A stretch of DNA of 64,000 nt from Eubacteriales bacterium (GTDB taxonomy: Bacteria > Bacillota > Clostridia > Oscillospirales > CAG-272): contig JAZNCE010000048.1 of the NCBI GenBank assembly GCA_045587385.1, forward strand, positions 9,797 through 73,796. The letters run 5' to 3'. Position 1 is the first letter of the stretch. Every line of letters starts with the position of its first letter. Below the pieces are notes generated by a model, which saw nothing but the letters and a program-made list of their open reading frames with translations, was not told the origin of the DNA and did not search any database. Shown here piece by piece: positions 56,057-64,000 of the stretch. A program made the position numbers and the translations under genes.

Positions 56057-57700
56057 ATGAAATCAAGCCACAATTTAATAACCGCCCTCTATTGCCGTCT
56101 CTCGCAAGAGGATATGATGCAAGGCGAGTCAAACAGCATCAGAAATCAACGCATGATCCTGCAGAAATACGCCGAAGACCACGGCTTCCGTAATATCGAA
56201 TATTATATCGATGACGGATACAGTGGAGCAAATTTCAACCGTCCCGATTTCAAGCGTATGATGTCAGATATCGAATCCGGCAAGGTTGCCACGGTTATCG
56301 TCAAGGACCAATCACGTCTCGGTAGAGATTATCTGCAAACGGGTATGCTGATGGAGATCACTTTTCCTCAGTATGACGTTCGGTTCATTGCCATCAACGA
56401 TGGCGTGGACAGTGCCAACGGTATCAGCGATTTTTCGGGCATTAAGAACTACTTCAACGACTTCTACGCCCGTGACACCAGCAAGAAGATACGAGCCGTA
56501 CAGCGAGCCAAGGGCGAGCGTGGAGAGCGTGTCGGCACAGCCATCCCATACGGATATATGAAGGATCCAGATGATCCAAAATGCCTTGTACCAGACAAGC
56601 CTGCCGCGGAGGTAGTGAAGCGGATATTTGAGATGTATACCAAAGGGATTGGTATACGAAGAATATGTGCCATACTCGAAGCAGAGAAAATCGAAAGCCC
56701 AAGCGTATATCTGTTCAAAAAGTGCGGAAACCGTTCGGGAAGACCAAATTTCCAAAAGCCGTATAACTGGGTAAAGACTACTGTGCGAAAGATGCTTTCC
56801 AACAGAATATATTGCGGAGATACGGTCAACTTTCAGACCTATTCAAAATCCAACAAACTCAAAAAGCGTATCAAGAACGCAGAGGAAGATATGTTGATCT
56901 TTGAGAACACCCATGAAGCAATCGTTGATCGCAAAACCTTCGACATGGTTCAAAAGCACTTTGAGGGCAGAAAGCGCCCCGATATACAGGGCGAGATGGA
57001 CAAATATGCTGGATACATCTTCTGCGGTGAATGCGGTTCGAGATTGTATCTGCACAGAGCCTTCAGCATTGATCCCGAAAAGAACTTTTTCCAATGTGGC
57101 GGATATCAGACCAAGGGGAAAAGCCACTGCACTGCCCATTATATCAACGAGAACGTGGTAGATACCATCGTGCTTGCTGATCTCAAGCGCGTAACCGAAT
57201 ACGCTCGAAGTCGCACGGAAGAATTCTATGCTATGGCTACAGAAAACGGTGAGGCAGAGGCAAGGAAGTTCTATGCAAATGCAGAAAAAGAAAAGAGACG
57301 GATCGATAGCCGAATCAAAGAACTCGACAATATCATCCGTTGCTTATACGAGGATCGGGTAACAGGCAGAATCACGCCCGAACGCTATGATACGATGGCA
57401 GGTGGCTACGAACAGGAGCAAGCCTCGCTCCGAGAGGAATTGAAAGCACTTAACGAACAGATGAACGAACTGGATATGCGTGAGCATTACGTCAATGAGT
57501 TTATCGCCAAGGCAAAAGAGTATATCGAAATGCCAAAGCTCACGCCCGAACTGCTCCGAGTGTTCATCCGTAAAATTGAGGTGATGGAGAAAACCGAAAA
57601 ATATTCCCGTACCTGCGGGAATACCATCATCATTCACTACACATTCGAATACCCGAGGCAGTGTACCACCAATCCCGTCAATAACGAGAAAACCGCCTAA
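56057..57700 (+). CDS. Large serine recombinase (integrase of the IME)
   Basis: ALYCRLSQED (catalytic Ser context), YIDDGYSGANFNRPDF, VIVKDQSRLGRD. Recombinase and zinc-ribbon region (CGECGSRLY...C) and a coiled-coil C-terminus. Confidence 0.85.
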   Translation: MKSSHNLITALYCRLSQEDMMQGESNSIRNQRMILQKYAEDHGFRNIEYYIDDGYSGANFNRPDFKRMMSDIESGKVATVIVKDQSRLGRDYLQTGMLMEITFPQYDVRFIAINDGVDSANGISDFSGIKNYFNDFYARDTSKKIRAVQRAKGERGERVGTAIPYGYMKDPDDPKCLVPDKPAAEVVKRIFEMYTKGIGIRRICAILEAEKIESPSVYLFKKCGNRSGRPNFQKPYNWVKTTVRKMLSNRIYCGDTVNFQTYSKSNKLKKRIKNAEEDMLIFENTHEAIVDRKTFDMVQKHFEGRKRPDIQGEMDKYAGYIFCGECGSRLYLHRAFSIDPEKNFFQCGGYQTKGKSHCTAHYINENVVDTIVLADLKRVTEYARSRTEEFYAMATENGEAEARKFYANAEKEKRRIDSRIKELDNIIRCLYEDRVTGRITPERYDTMAGGYEQEQASLREELKALNEQMNELDMREHYVNEFIAKAKEYIEMPKLTPELLRVFIRKIEVMEKTEKYSRTCGNTIIIHYTFEYPRQCTTNPVNNEKTA

Positions 57701-57751
57701 AAAGCAGGCAACCCGGAAGACTAAATGCCTTCCGGGTATGCCTACCGCCTT

Positions 57752-57800
57752 ATTTCTCCGTTAAGAACAACAGAGGAAAAATTCCCTATCCTTTTTCTTT
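57752..57800. repeat. Putative attR: element half-site ATTTCTCCGTTAAGAAC plus host half-site TTCCCTATCCTTTTTCTTT
   Basis: Mirror image of attL (see 39559-39607). The junction lies within the A-run at 57777-57781. Confidence 0.65.
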
Positions 57801-57814
57801 TCGTTTTGCAAAAA

Positions 57815-57850
57815 GGACGCGGCGGCATGCCTTGGCATGCCGCCGCGTCC
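57815..57850 (-). terminator. Strong GC hairpin terminator of the zinc-ribbon gene
   Basis: GGACGCGGCGGCATGCC/GGCATGCCGCCGCGTCC, followed on the minus strand by TTTTTGC. Confidence 0.65.
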
Positions 57851-57936
57851 TTCGACCGTTGGCTGTAATATCAGATATAAAACGAAGATCTTTTATGTTC
57901 CCTGTTTAATAAATGATGATACGCGCGATCAGTGCA

Positions 57937-58242
57937 TTACTTTGCTCTTCTTGCCTCAAAGCATGCGCTGCAGTAAACAGGTCTGTCGTTGGAGGGCTGG
58001 AAGTTCAGCTTTGCTTCGCCACCGCATTCTGCGCAGGTTGCGATGAAATACTGACGCTCGGGCTTGCCTGCGTTCTTCTTAGCATCGCGGCATGCCTTGC
58101 AGCTCTTGGGCTTGTTCAGGAATCCCTTTTCCTTGTAGAAAGCCTGTTCGCCTGCGGTGAATACGAACTCATTGCCGCATTCCTTGCAAACCAGAGTTTC
58201 ATCAGCAAACTCTTCAACAACTTTTACTTCATCTTCGTACAT
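57937..58242 (-). CDS. Zinc-ribbon domain protein (two CxxC pairs per half)
   Basis: CKECGNEF...CKACRD and CAECGGEA...CSACFE. Confidence 0.6.
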   Translation of the reverse strand: MYEDEVKVVEEFADETLVCKECGNEFVFTAGEQAFYKEKGFLNKPKSCKACRDAKKNAGKPERQYFIATCAECGGEAKLNFQPSNDRPVYCSACFEARRAK

Positions 58243-58290
58243 GTGTTTTTACCTCGCTTGTGATTGGTATTGATTATTTATGGTAAACCC

Positions 58291-58911
58291 TTACGGGTTG
58301 TCCCCTTGTCCGAGCACCTGCCGCAGCTTGCGGCGGATGCGATAGATCGCATTGGAAATCGACTTTTCGTCCTTTCCAAGCGACTTTGCGATCTTGCACG
58401 TGCTTGCTCCCGAAACGTACATCCACCATACGCGGCTTTCATAAGGAGAAAGCGCGCGCTGAATGGTTCGCTGCAGAGCCTCCATGCGCTCCTTATCGAT
58501 CAAGGTCTCCGAAACCGAAGCCTCGCTGCCAAGCAGCCCGGGATTTTGTTCGATCAAGCCCTCTCCCTCCAAGGAAAGCAGCCCCTCGCGGCGTTGCCTG
58601 CGAAACGTACGCAGAGCGGACGCCAATCCGTGACCAACGCAGATCTTGGCGTACAAACCAAACTCCACACCCTCGCGAGTCGTGTCATAGGTCTGTACCG
58701 CACTGCAAAACACCACGCTTGCCTCTTGTCGCAGATCCTCTAAATCCGCGTTCCCCATACCGGGAGCGGCATACTTGCTTACCATGGCTTGCAGCATAGG
58801 CGCATAGCGGTCAAGCAGCAGCGCGTACGCTTGCTGATTCCCTGCGCGGGCAGCGTCAAGCAGATCGCAAAGATCTGCATCCTGCTGAATTTTCGGGTTG
58901 GAACTACTCAT
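58291..58911 (-). CDS. Sigma-70 family RNA polymerase sigma factor
   Basis: Region 2-like LLLDRYAPMLQAMVSKY...DLEDLRQEASVVF. Region 4 HTH STCKIAKSLGKDEKSISNAIYRIRRKL. Confidence 0.7.
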   Translation of the reverse strand: MSSSNPKIQQDADLCDLLDAARAGNQQAYALLLDRYAPMLQAMVSKYAAPGMGNADLEDLRQEASVVFCSAVQTYDTTREGVEFGLYAKICVGHGLASALRTFRRQRREGLLSLEGEGLIEQNPGLLGSEASVSETLIDKERMEALQRTIQRALSPYESRVWWMYVSGASTCKIAKSLGKDEKSISNAIYRIRRKLRQVLGQGDNP

Positions 58912-59167
58912 GCTTTCACCGCCATAGATAAAGTGGTACTTATACTATTATAACACATAAAACACCATTGTCAAGAGTAAATTTTGTCGAATTATCACAT
59001 CGTCGAAAAAATTTCGCGAGATTTTTGTGCACATTTAACAATAACAAAAGCTCCCGTTTGAGCATAGTGCAACGCTGGCGGGAGCTTTTTTGTGACTTTT
59101 GTCATTTTTCGGTCAAAACTTTGTAACAATTCACAAGGAATTGCACTTGGCTAAAGCGTGAAATCCC

Positions 59168-59719
59168 TTACGGGAAAAGGTAATTCACGTTCCCTGCCAC
59201 CAATGCGTGCACACCTTTATAGATGTTTTCGGGGTTGTCACGGAAATTATCCGCCATACGCTCAGCGCGCAATCTGCTGTCCACCTTGAGCGTGGTTGCC
59301 ATGATGACCTCTTCCTTCTCATACATCTTGCATTCCAGGTCGTAGGTCTTATCGGGATTCTGCACAATGTTGGTCGAAATGCGCACACCGCGTCTGCGGA
59401 AATCCAGATAGCGCAAAGCGCAACGCAGGCTTTGGTCGAGAATGCTGGGCAAAAGATCACTCTTGAGCTCCTCTGCTACGCATCTGCCCTTATAGGTCAC
59501 AGCGTACAGATCATCTCCCGTATCGTTTTTGCCAACGCTCTGCACCAAGCCCTGATCCAGCATTTCATAAAATGCTTCGGCAAAGTCCAGATACATCACG
59601 TAATCGTTTTGCAGCGTGACGTCGTTAATGGTTGAAAAATTCATGGGATATCCGATATTTTCCATCAGATACAGCACAAATATTTTTACGTTTTTCTTAT
59701 CTCCTATTGGTGAAGCCAT
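59168..59719 (-). CDS. DUF4364-like putative wHTH regulator
   Basis: VKIFVLYLMENIGYPMNFSTINDV... pattern. Assignment is tentative. Confidence 0.45.
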   Translation of the reverse strand: MASPIGDKKNVKIFVLYLMENIGYPMNFSTINDVTLQNDYVMYLDFAEAFYEMLDQGLVQSVGKNDTGDDLYAVTYKGRCVAEELKSDLLPSILDQSLRCALRYLDFRRRGVRISTNIVQNPDKTYDLECKMYEKEEVIMATTLKVDSRLRAERMADNFRDNPENIYKGVHALVAGNVNYLFP

Positions 59720-59791
59720 CTACAGCCTCCTTATGTCTTTTAACTATATCAAGATTATACCAAAAAAATTGTAAATTATCAACCCCCTTTC

Positions 59792-59820
59792 TTGCAATTT
59801 CGGAAAAATTGTGGTATGAT
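59792..59820 (+). promoter_or_regulatory. Promoter TTGCAA-17-TGgTATGAT upstream of hom
   Basis: TTGCAA at 59792-59797, a 17-nt spacer, TATGAT at 59815-59820. Confidence 0.5.
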
Positions 59821-59865
59821 ATAGAATGATATATTATCAGCATTCAAGCTTTGGAGGATTTTCTC

Positions 59866-61074
59866 ATGATCAAGGTAGCATTACTGGGCTTTGGCGTGGT
59901 CGGCAGCGGCTGCGCTGAGGTTCTGACACAAAACAAGGATCTGATCCGTGCAAAAGTCGGCGACGAGGTGGAGATCAAGTACGTTCTCGATCTGCGCGAC
60001 TTTCCCGACAGCCCCTTTGCAAACCGCATCGTACATGATTTCGGTATCATCGTAAACGACCCCGAGATCGCCATCGTTGCCGAAATGATGGGCGGCTCGC
60101 ACCCTGCTTATGACTTTACCAAGGCATGCTTGGAGGCGGGCAAGAGCGTGGTGACCTCCAATAAGGAAGTGGTGGCAAATTTCGGTACCGAGCTGCTGGC
60201 ACTTGCCAAGCAAAACGGCGTGTCGTACCTGTTTGAAGCAAGCGTTGGCGGTGGCATTCCCGTGCTGCGTTCCATTTACGTGGATCTTGCTTCTAACCGC
60301 ATCTGCGAGGTCAACGGCATTCTCAACGGCACCACGAACTATATTCTGACAAGCATGAAGCAATCCGGCGCAAGCTTTGGCGACGCGCTGAAAAAGGCGC
60401 AGGAGCTGGGATATGCCGAGGCGAATCCCGCTGCGGACGTAGAGGGCTTGGACGCCGCACGCAAGACCGCCATTCTGTGCGGACTTTGCTTTGGCAAGCT
60501 GGTATCCCCTGCCGATATTCACACCGAGGGCATTACCGCCATTTCGGGCGAGGACGTTGCCGCTGCTGCAGAGCTTGGATATACCATCAAGCTGATCGGT
60601 CATGCGGACATCACGGACGGTAAGATCCAGGCACTTGTCAGCCCCAGGCTGGTTCCCCTTTGCAATCCCCTTTCGGGTATTTCCGACGTATACAACGGCG
60701 TGCTGCTCAAGGGCGATATGGTAGGCGATGTCATGTTCTACGGTCCCGGTGCGGGCAAGCTGCCCACCGCAAGTGCCGTTGTGGGCGATATCATTGACGT
60801 AGCGCACGGCGTTGTCGGCGGCAGCGTCAAGCGTCCGTATTTTGAAAATGCAACCGCCGAGGATACGGCAGACTTTGGTGACTATACCTGCGCACGTTAT
60901 TTCAGATTTGCCAATACGGCAAACGAGGTAACCGAAGCGCTGGGTGAGCGCGTGCAACAGATGGTCGCCCAGGACGGATACGTTGCCGTGATCACCAAGA
61001 CCATGAGTGAAAGACAGGCTGTCGCAGCCGTTGCGGACAAGCTGTGCGTTTGCTCCGCTATGCGCGTATTATGA
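59866..61074 (+). CDS. hom: Homoserine dehydrogenase with C-terminal ACT-like domain
   Basis: GGAGG lies 8 nt upstream. MIKVALLGFGVVGSG Rossmann motif. GILNGTTNYILT. GYAEANPAADVEGLDAARK. Confidence 0.85.
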   Translation: MIKVALLGFGVVGSGCAEVLTQNKDLIRAKVGDEVEIKYVLDLRDFPDSPFANRIVHDFGIIVNDPEIAIVAEMMGGSHPAYDFTKACLEAGKSVVTSNKEVVANFGTELLALAKQNGVSYLFEASVGGGIPVLRSIYVDLASNRICEVNGILNGTTNYILTSMKQSGASFGDALKKAQELGYAEANPAADVEGLDAARKTAILCGLCFGKLVSPADIHTEGITAISGEDVAAAAELGYTIKLIGHADITDGKIQALVSPRLVPLCNPLSGISDVYNGVLLKGDMVGDVMFYGPGAGKLPTASAVVGDIIDVAHGVVGGSVKRPYFENATAEDTADFGDYTCARYFRFANTANEVTEALGERVQQMVAQDGYVAVITKTMSERQAVAAVADKLCVCSAMRVL

Positions 61075-61778
61075 TGAAGAAAAAGAATACAGTCAAAAGC
61101 ATGGGCTTGGGCTATATCGTGGTGGGAACGCTGGCAGTCATTGCAGCGCTGTTCTGCATCCTGGTGCTGACGGGCAGCCTTGCTCCCTTGGTGCTGCGCA
61201 TGCATGCAGGTGACGCGCCCGCTATGATGACCATGCCGCTGTTCGTTTACTGCGTATTTGCGGATTTCATTTTGCTGGAAGTCATATTTCTGCTGTTCCA
61301 GCCCGGCATCAAAAAATTTGACGAGGATGAACAGCACATCCCCGGGCAGAAGAAAAAGCTGCCCGCGCGCTATATTGCAGGCATTGTGTGCTGCGTGCTG
61401 CTGCTTTGCAGCATTGTTATCGCCCCCAACGTCTGCAACGTCATGACCGAGCAGGGTCTGGACACCTACGCATTCTTCAAGACCGGCTCTTACTCTTGGG
61501 AGGACGTTCCCCTGTACGAGCTGACCTTCTCGCAAGAAAATGGGTTGGAGCTGTATCTGCATCTTGCCAAGGACCATAAGATCCCCATGTTCGGAGCGGT
61601 CAACTCGGTCAATCAAGCGTTGACCGAAAAATACGGCAGCATCTACGGCTTTGCTTGCTATCTCAAGGAAATTGCGGTCGAAAACGATCTGAATTTCAAG
61701 GTTGTAAACCGCGAAAGCATCGAGTATTATTTCAAAGATTCCGCATATTGGGAGTATATTGAAAAGCTGATTCAATAA
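61071..61778 (+). CDS. Membrane protein (unknown)
   Basis: Start MMKKKNTVKS overlaps the hom stop (ATGATGA). 3-4 TM helices. Confidence 0.5.
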   Translation: MMKKKNTVKSMGLGYIVVGTLAVIAALFCILVLTGSLAPLVLRMHAGDAPAMMTMPLFVYCVFADFILLEVIFLLFQPGIKKFDEDEQHIPGQKKKLPARYIAGIVCCVLLLCSIVIAPNVCNVMTEQGLDTYAFFKTGSYSWEDVPLYELTFSQENGLELYLHLAKDHKIPMFGAVNSVNQALTEKYGSIYGFACYLKEIAVENDLNFKVVNRESIEYYFKDSAYWEYIEKLIQ

Positions 61779-61789
61779 TGGAGGTTATC

Positions 61790-63757
61790 ATGCAATACCT
61801 TCCCCTTGTCAATACCAAAATGGGCACAGCGTCCCACCCGCGCCGCTCGTACGGAAATACTCTGCCGCTTACGCAGCTGCCGTTCGGTATGGTGTCGTTT
61901 TGCCCGCAAACAGAGGTCACGCGCGCGTGGTTTTATCACCCCGAGCACGAGTTTGCCGAGGGCGTGCGTCTGACGCACCAGTTCAGCCCTTGGATCGGTG
62001 ACTTCGGCGCATTTTTGCTGACACCGCAAAACGATTGCGTAGCAAATACGGGAGCGGGAGCATGGTCGGGCGTGCGCACGCAGGACTCTTTGCTTACACC
62101 GCACTATCTGCGTATGCACTTTATGCGACCCAATTGCACCTTGGAGCTGACACCCACCGAGCGTTGCGCCGCGCTGCGCCTGCACTTTGGGGATAACAGA
62201 GCGTCCTATCTGTCGTTCTTGCCCGTCAGCGGCAATTACGCTTATCGCTACGACGTGGAAAAAGCAACGCTGTACGGCAGCACCGACGGCATCAGCCAAG
62301 GGGACGCCAAAAACTTCAAGGCGTATATTGCCGTGCGTTTTTTGGGCGATTGCGTGGATGCGACACGCACCTATGCACAAGGCGAGGGCGGATCTGCCTG
62401 CATACACGTAGCACTTTCGGGCGGCATTTGCGAGGCGCGCATCGGCTTTTCTTATATCAGTGAGCAAATGGCGGACGCTGCGATCGACCGCGAGTGCGGA
62501 CAGCGTACGTTTGACGAGCTGATGACAGCAGCGCAGGAAAGTTGGGAAGAAAAGCTCTCACGCATTGAGATTGAAGCGCAAAACGATGCGCAGCTGCGCA
62601 CCTTCTATTCCTGCTTGTACCGCGTTTTTCTTTTCCCGCAAAAGGCTTACGAGCTTGACGAGAATGAGAGTCCCGTGCATTACGTGCCGTGCGACGGCAG
62701 CGTCAAGCCTGGCGTGAGATATACGAATAATTGCTTTTGGGACACCTACCGCACAGAGTTTCCCCTGCTCTCCCTGATTGCAAAGGAGGAGTACGCAGAG
62801 ATTCTTGCAGGCTTGGTGACCGATTATACAGACGGCAGCTGGCTGCCGCGCTGTACCGCCATGGGCGAGGTAGGATGCATGCCCAGCACCCTGATCGACG
62901 CAGTCATTGCCGAGGCAGTCGTCGAGGGCATTGGCGCGCGCAAGGTTTGGGAGTCCGCTTTGGACGGCATGCTCTACCATGCCAACCACGAGGCAGCACA
63001 GCCCAGATACGGGCGCAACGGTGCGCTTGCTTACCTGCAATACGGCTACGTGCCGCGCGAGCAGCACCGCGAATCGGTCAATCTGACGCAGGATTTTGCT
63101 TACGGTGACTGGTGCATTGCCCGCGTTGCCGAAGTGCTTGGAAAACCCGAAATTACCGAGGAATACGACAAGCGCGCAACGTATTATCAACATTTGTTTG
63201 ACCCCGTAAGCGGCTTTATGCGCGGCAAGGACGTGCACGGCAACATGGCGGCAGAGTTTGATCCCTGCACCTGGGGCGGTGAGTACACAGAAGGCAGCGC
63301 ATGGCAAAACTCCTTTGCCGTGCCGCATGACGTACAAGGGCTTGCCGCGCTCTACGGTGGCAAGGATGCCTTGATCCGAAAGCTGGACGAGCTGTTTGCC
63401 ACGCCTCCACGCTACCGCGTCATGGGATATGGCTTTGAGATCCACGAAATGACCGAAATGGCGTTGGTGGATTTTGGACAGATGGCGATCTCCAATCAGC
63501 CCTCCTTCCATCTTCCCTTCCTTTACGCAGCACTGGGAGAAGTTGAAAAGACCGAGTATTGGGTCAAAAAACTGACCGAGGAAGCCTTCCATCCCACCGA
63601 AAAGGGATTTCCCGGTGACGAAGATACCGGTACGACGGCGGCATGGTACATTTTATGCCTGCTTGGACGCTACCGCCTTTGCCCCGGCAGCGGTGAGTGG
63701 ACCACGTTCAAACCGCTGGTCAAGAGCGCAAAGATTCTTGGGGAAAAGTTATTTTAA
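61790..63757 (+). CDS. GH92-like alpha-mannosidase (no signal peptide)
   Basis: GGAGG lies 5 nt upstream of ATG 61790. GNTLPLTQLPFGM, FAYGDWCIARVA, EGSAWQNSFAVPHDVQGL, NQPSFHLPFLY, PGDEDTGTTAAWYIL. Confidence 0.7.
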   Translation: MQYLPLVNTKMGTASHPRRSYGNTLPLTQLPFGMVSFCPQTEVTRAWFYHPEHEFAEGVRLTHQFSPWIGDFGAFLLTPQNDCVANTGAGAWSGVRTQDSLLTPHYLRMHFMRPNCTLELTPTERCAALRLHFGDNRASYLSFLPVSGNYAYRYDVEKATLYGSTDGISQGDAKNFKAYIAVRFLGDCVDATRTYAQGEGGSACIHVALSGGICEARIGFSYISEQMADAAIDRECGQRTFDELMTAAQESWEEKLSRIEIEAQNDAQLRTFYSCLYRVFLFPQKAYELDENESPVHYVPCDGSVKPGVRYTNNCFWDTYRTEFPLLSLIAKEEYAEILAGLVTDYTDGSWLPRCTAMGEVGCMPSTLIDAVIAEAVVEGIGARKVWESALDGMLYHANHEAAQPRYGRNGALAYLQYGYVPREQHRESVNLTQDFAYGDWCIARVAEVLGKPEITEEYDKRATYYQHLFDPVSGFMRGKDVHGNMAAEFDPCTWGGEYTEGSAWQNSFAVPHDVQGLAALYGGKDALIRKLDELFATPPRYRVMGYGFEIHEMTEMALVDFGQMAISNQPSFHLPFLYAALGEVEKTEYWVKKLTEEAFHPTEKGFPGDEDTGTTAAWYILCLLGRYRLCPGSGEWTTFKPLVKSAKILGEKLF

Positions 63758-63874
63758 TATAATAAAAAAGCCGATGGAGCGATAAACCTAAAAAGCAGCA
63801 GGAATTTGTTCGTATGCGAACAGATTCGGATTTTGATCCATTAGCTAAAAATCGGTAAACGAAATAATACAAAT

Positions 63875-63976
63875 GTAGGGGAGGATATCATCCTCCCGCA
63901 CGCGAGAAGGAAAGAACGTGTTTGGATATCACGATCACAAATCCTTTTCGGGCGGGAGGATAATATCCTCCCCTAC
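63875..63976. repeat. Composite REP-like element (family 1)
   Basis: GTAGGGGAGGATATCATCCTCCCGCA ... ~50 nt ... GGGCGGGAGGATAATATCCTCCCCTAC. Confidence 0.6.
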
Positions 63977-64000
63977 AATCAAATCAACCAAAAAACCGAC

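Larger units (their letters stand above)
39578..57781. mobile_element. Integrative mobilizable element (~18.2 kb): serine recombinase + MobC + relaxase + cargo
   Basis: Abrupt switch to AT-rich sequence. Nested inverted repeats at both ends. Large serine recombinase at the right end and a MobC/relaxase pair. No VirB4/VirD4-like or phage structural genes. Confidence 0.8.

Noticed and set aside
39578-57781. Prophage
   Set aside because: No terminase, portal, capsid, tail or lysis genes are present. The MobC and relaxase genes indicate a mobilizable element instead.
57937-58242. Rubredoxin
   Set aside because: Two CxxC...CxxC units are present, but the spacing and surrounding residues do not match rubredoxin knuckles (no CPxCG). 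It is called a generic zinc-ribbon protein.

Overview
This 64-kb window comes from a G+C-rich, spore-forming Clostridia-type chromosome. By eye the host is well above 50% GC. Host markers include dpaA/dpaB, cwlD, an SLH wall protein, comEC, radA, murA, hom, a class-I lysyl-tRNA synthetase, a sigma-70 factor, and carbohydrate enzymes (GH127, GH4, GH92, and a manA fragment). An AT-rich integrative mobilizable element (IME) of about 18.2 kb interrupts the host at about 39578-57781. It encodes a large serine recombinase, MobC and a relaxase, but no type IV secretion genes. Both junctions can be read directly: host-side inverted repeats rebuild a palindromic terminator-like attB, and element-side inverted repeats rebuild an attP-like dyad. 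The IME carries two cargo modules that I rank as the most interesting content. (1) A tightly packed minus-strand operon has a TerY-like vWA protein, a PP2C phosphatase and a Ser/Thr kinase (the TerY-P triad). It is expanded by a transglutaminase-like peptidase-fold protein, a JAB/MPN+ metallopeptidase with an intact motif, a 73-aa Cys-rich protein and two exported proteins. (2) A plus-strand three-gene operon is led by a 1283-aa protein with an XRE-type HTH N-terminus. I could recognise no other domain in any of the three proteins, so it is a candidate for an undescribed defence or element-maintenance system. The host DNA also contains several repeat classes. Two 280-bp MITE-like copies with tRNA-end-like terminal inverted repeats bracket lysK. 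Two intergenic arrays consist of mini-hairpins punctuated by a 7-mer. There are at least two REP-like palindromic repeat families, and four tandem paralogous membrane-protein genes. All functional calls rest on motifs read by eye from the translations. No database search was possible, and coordinates of small features may be off by 1-2 nt.
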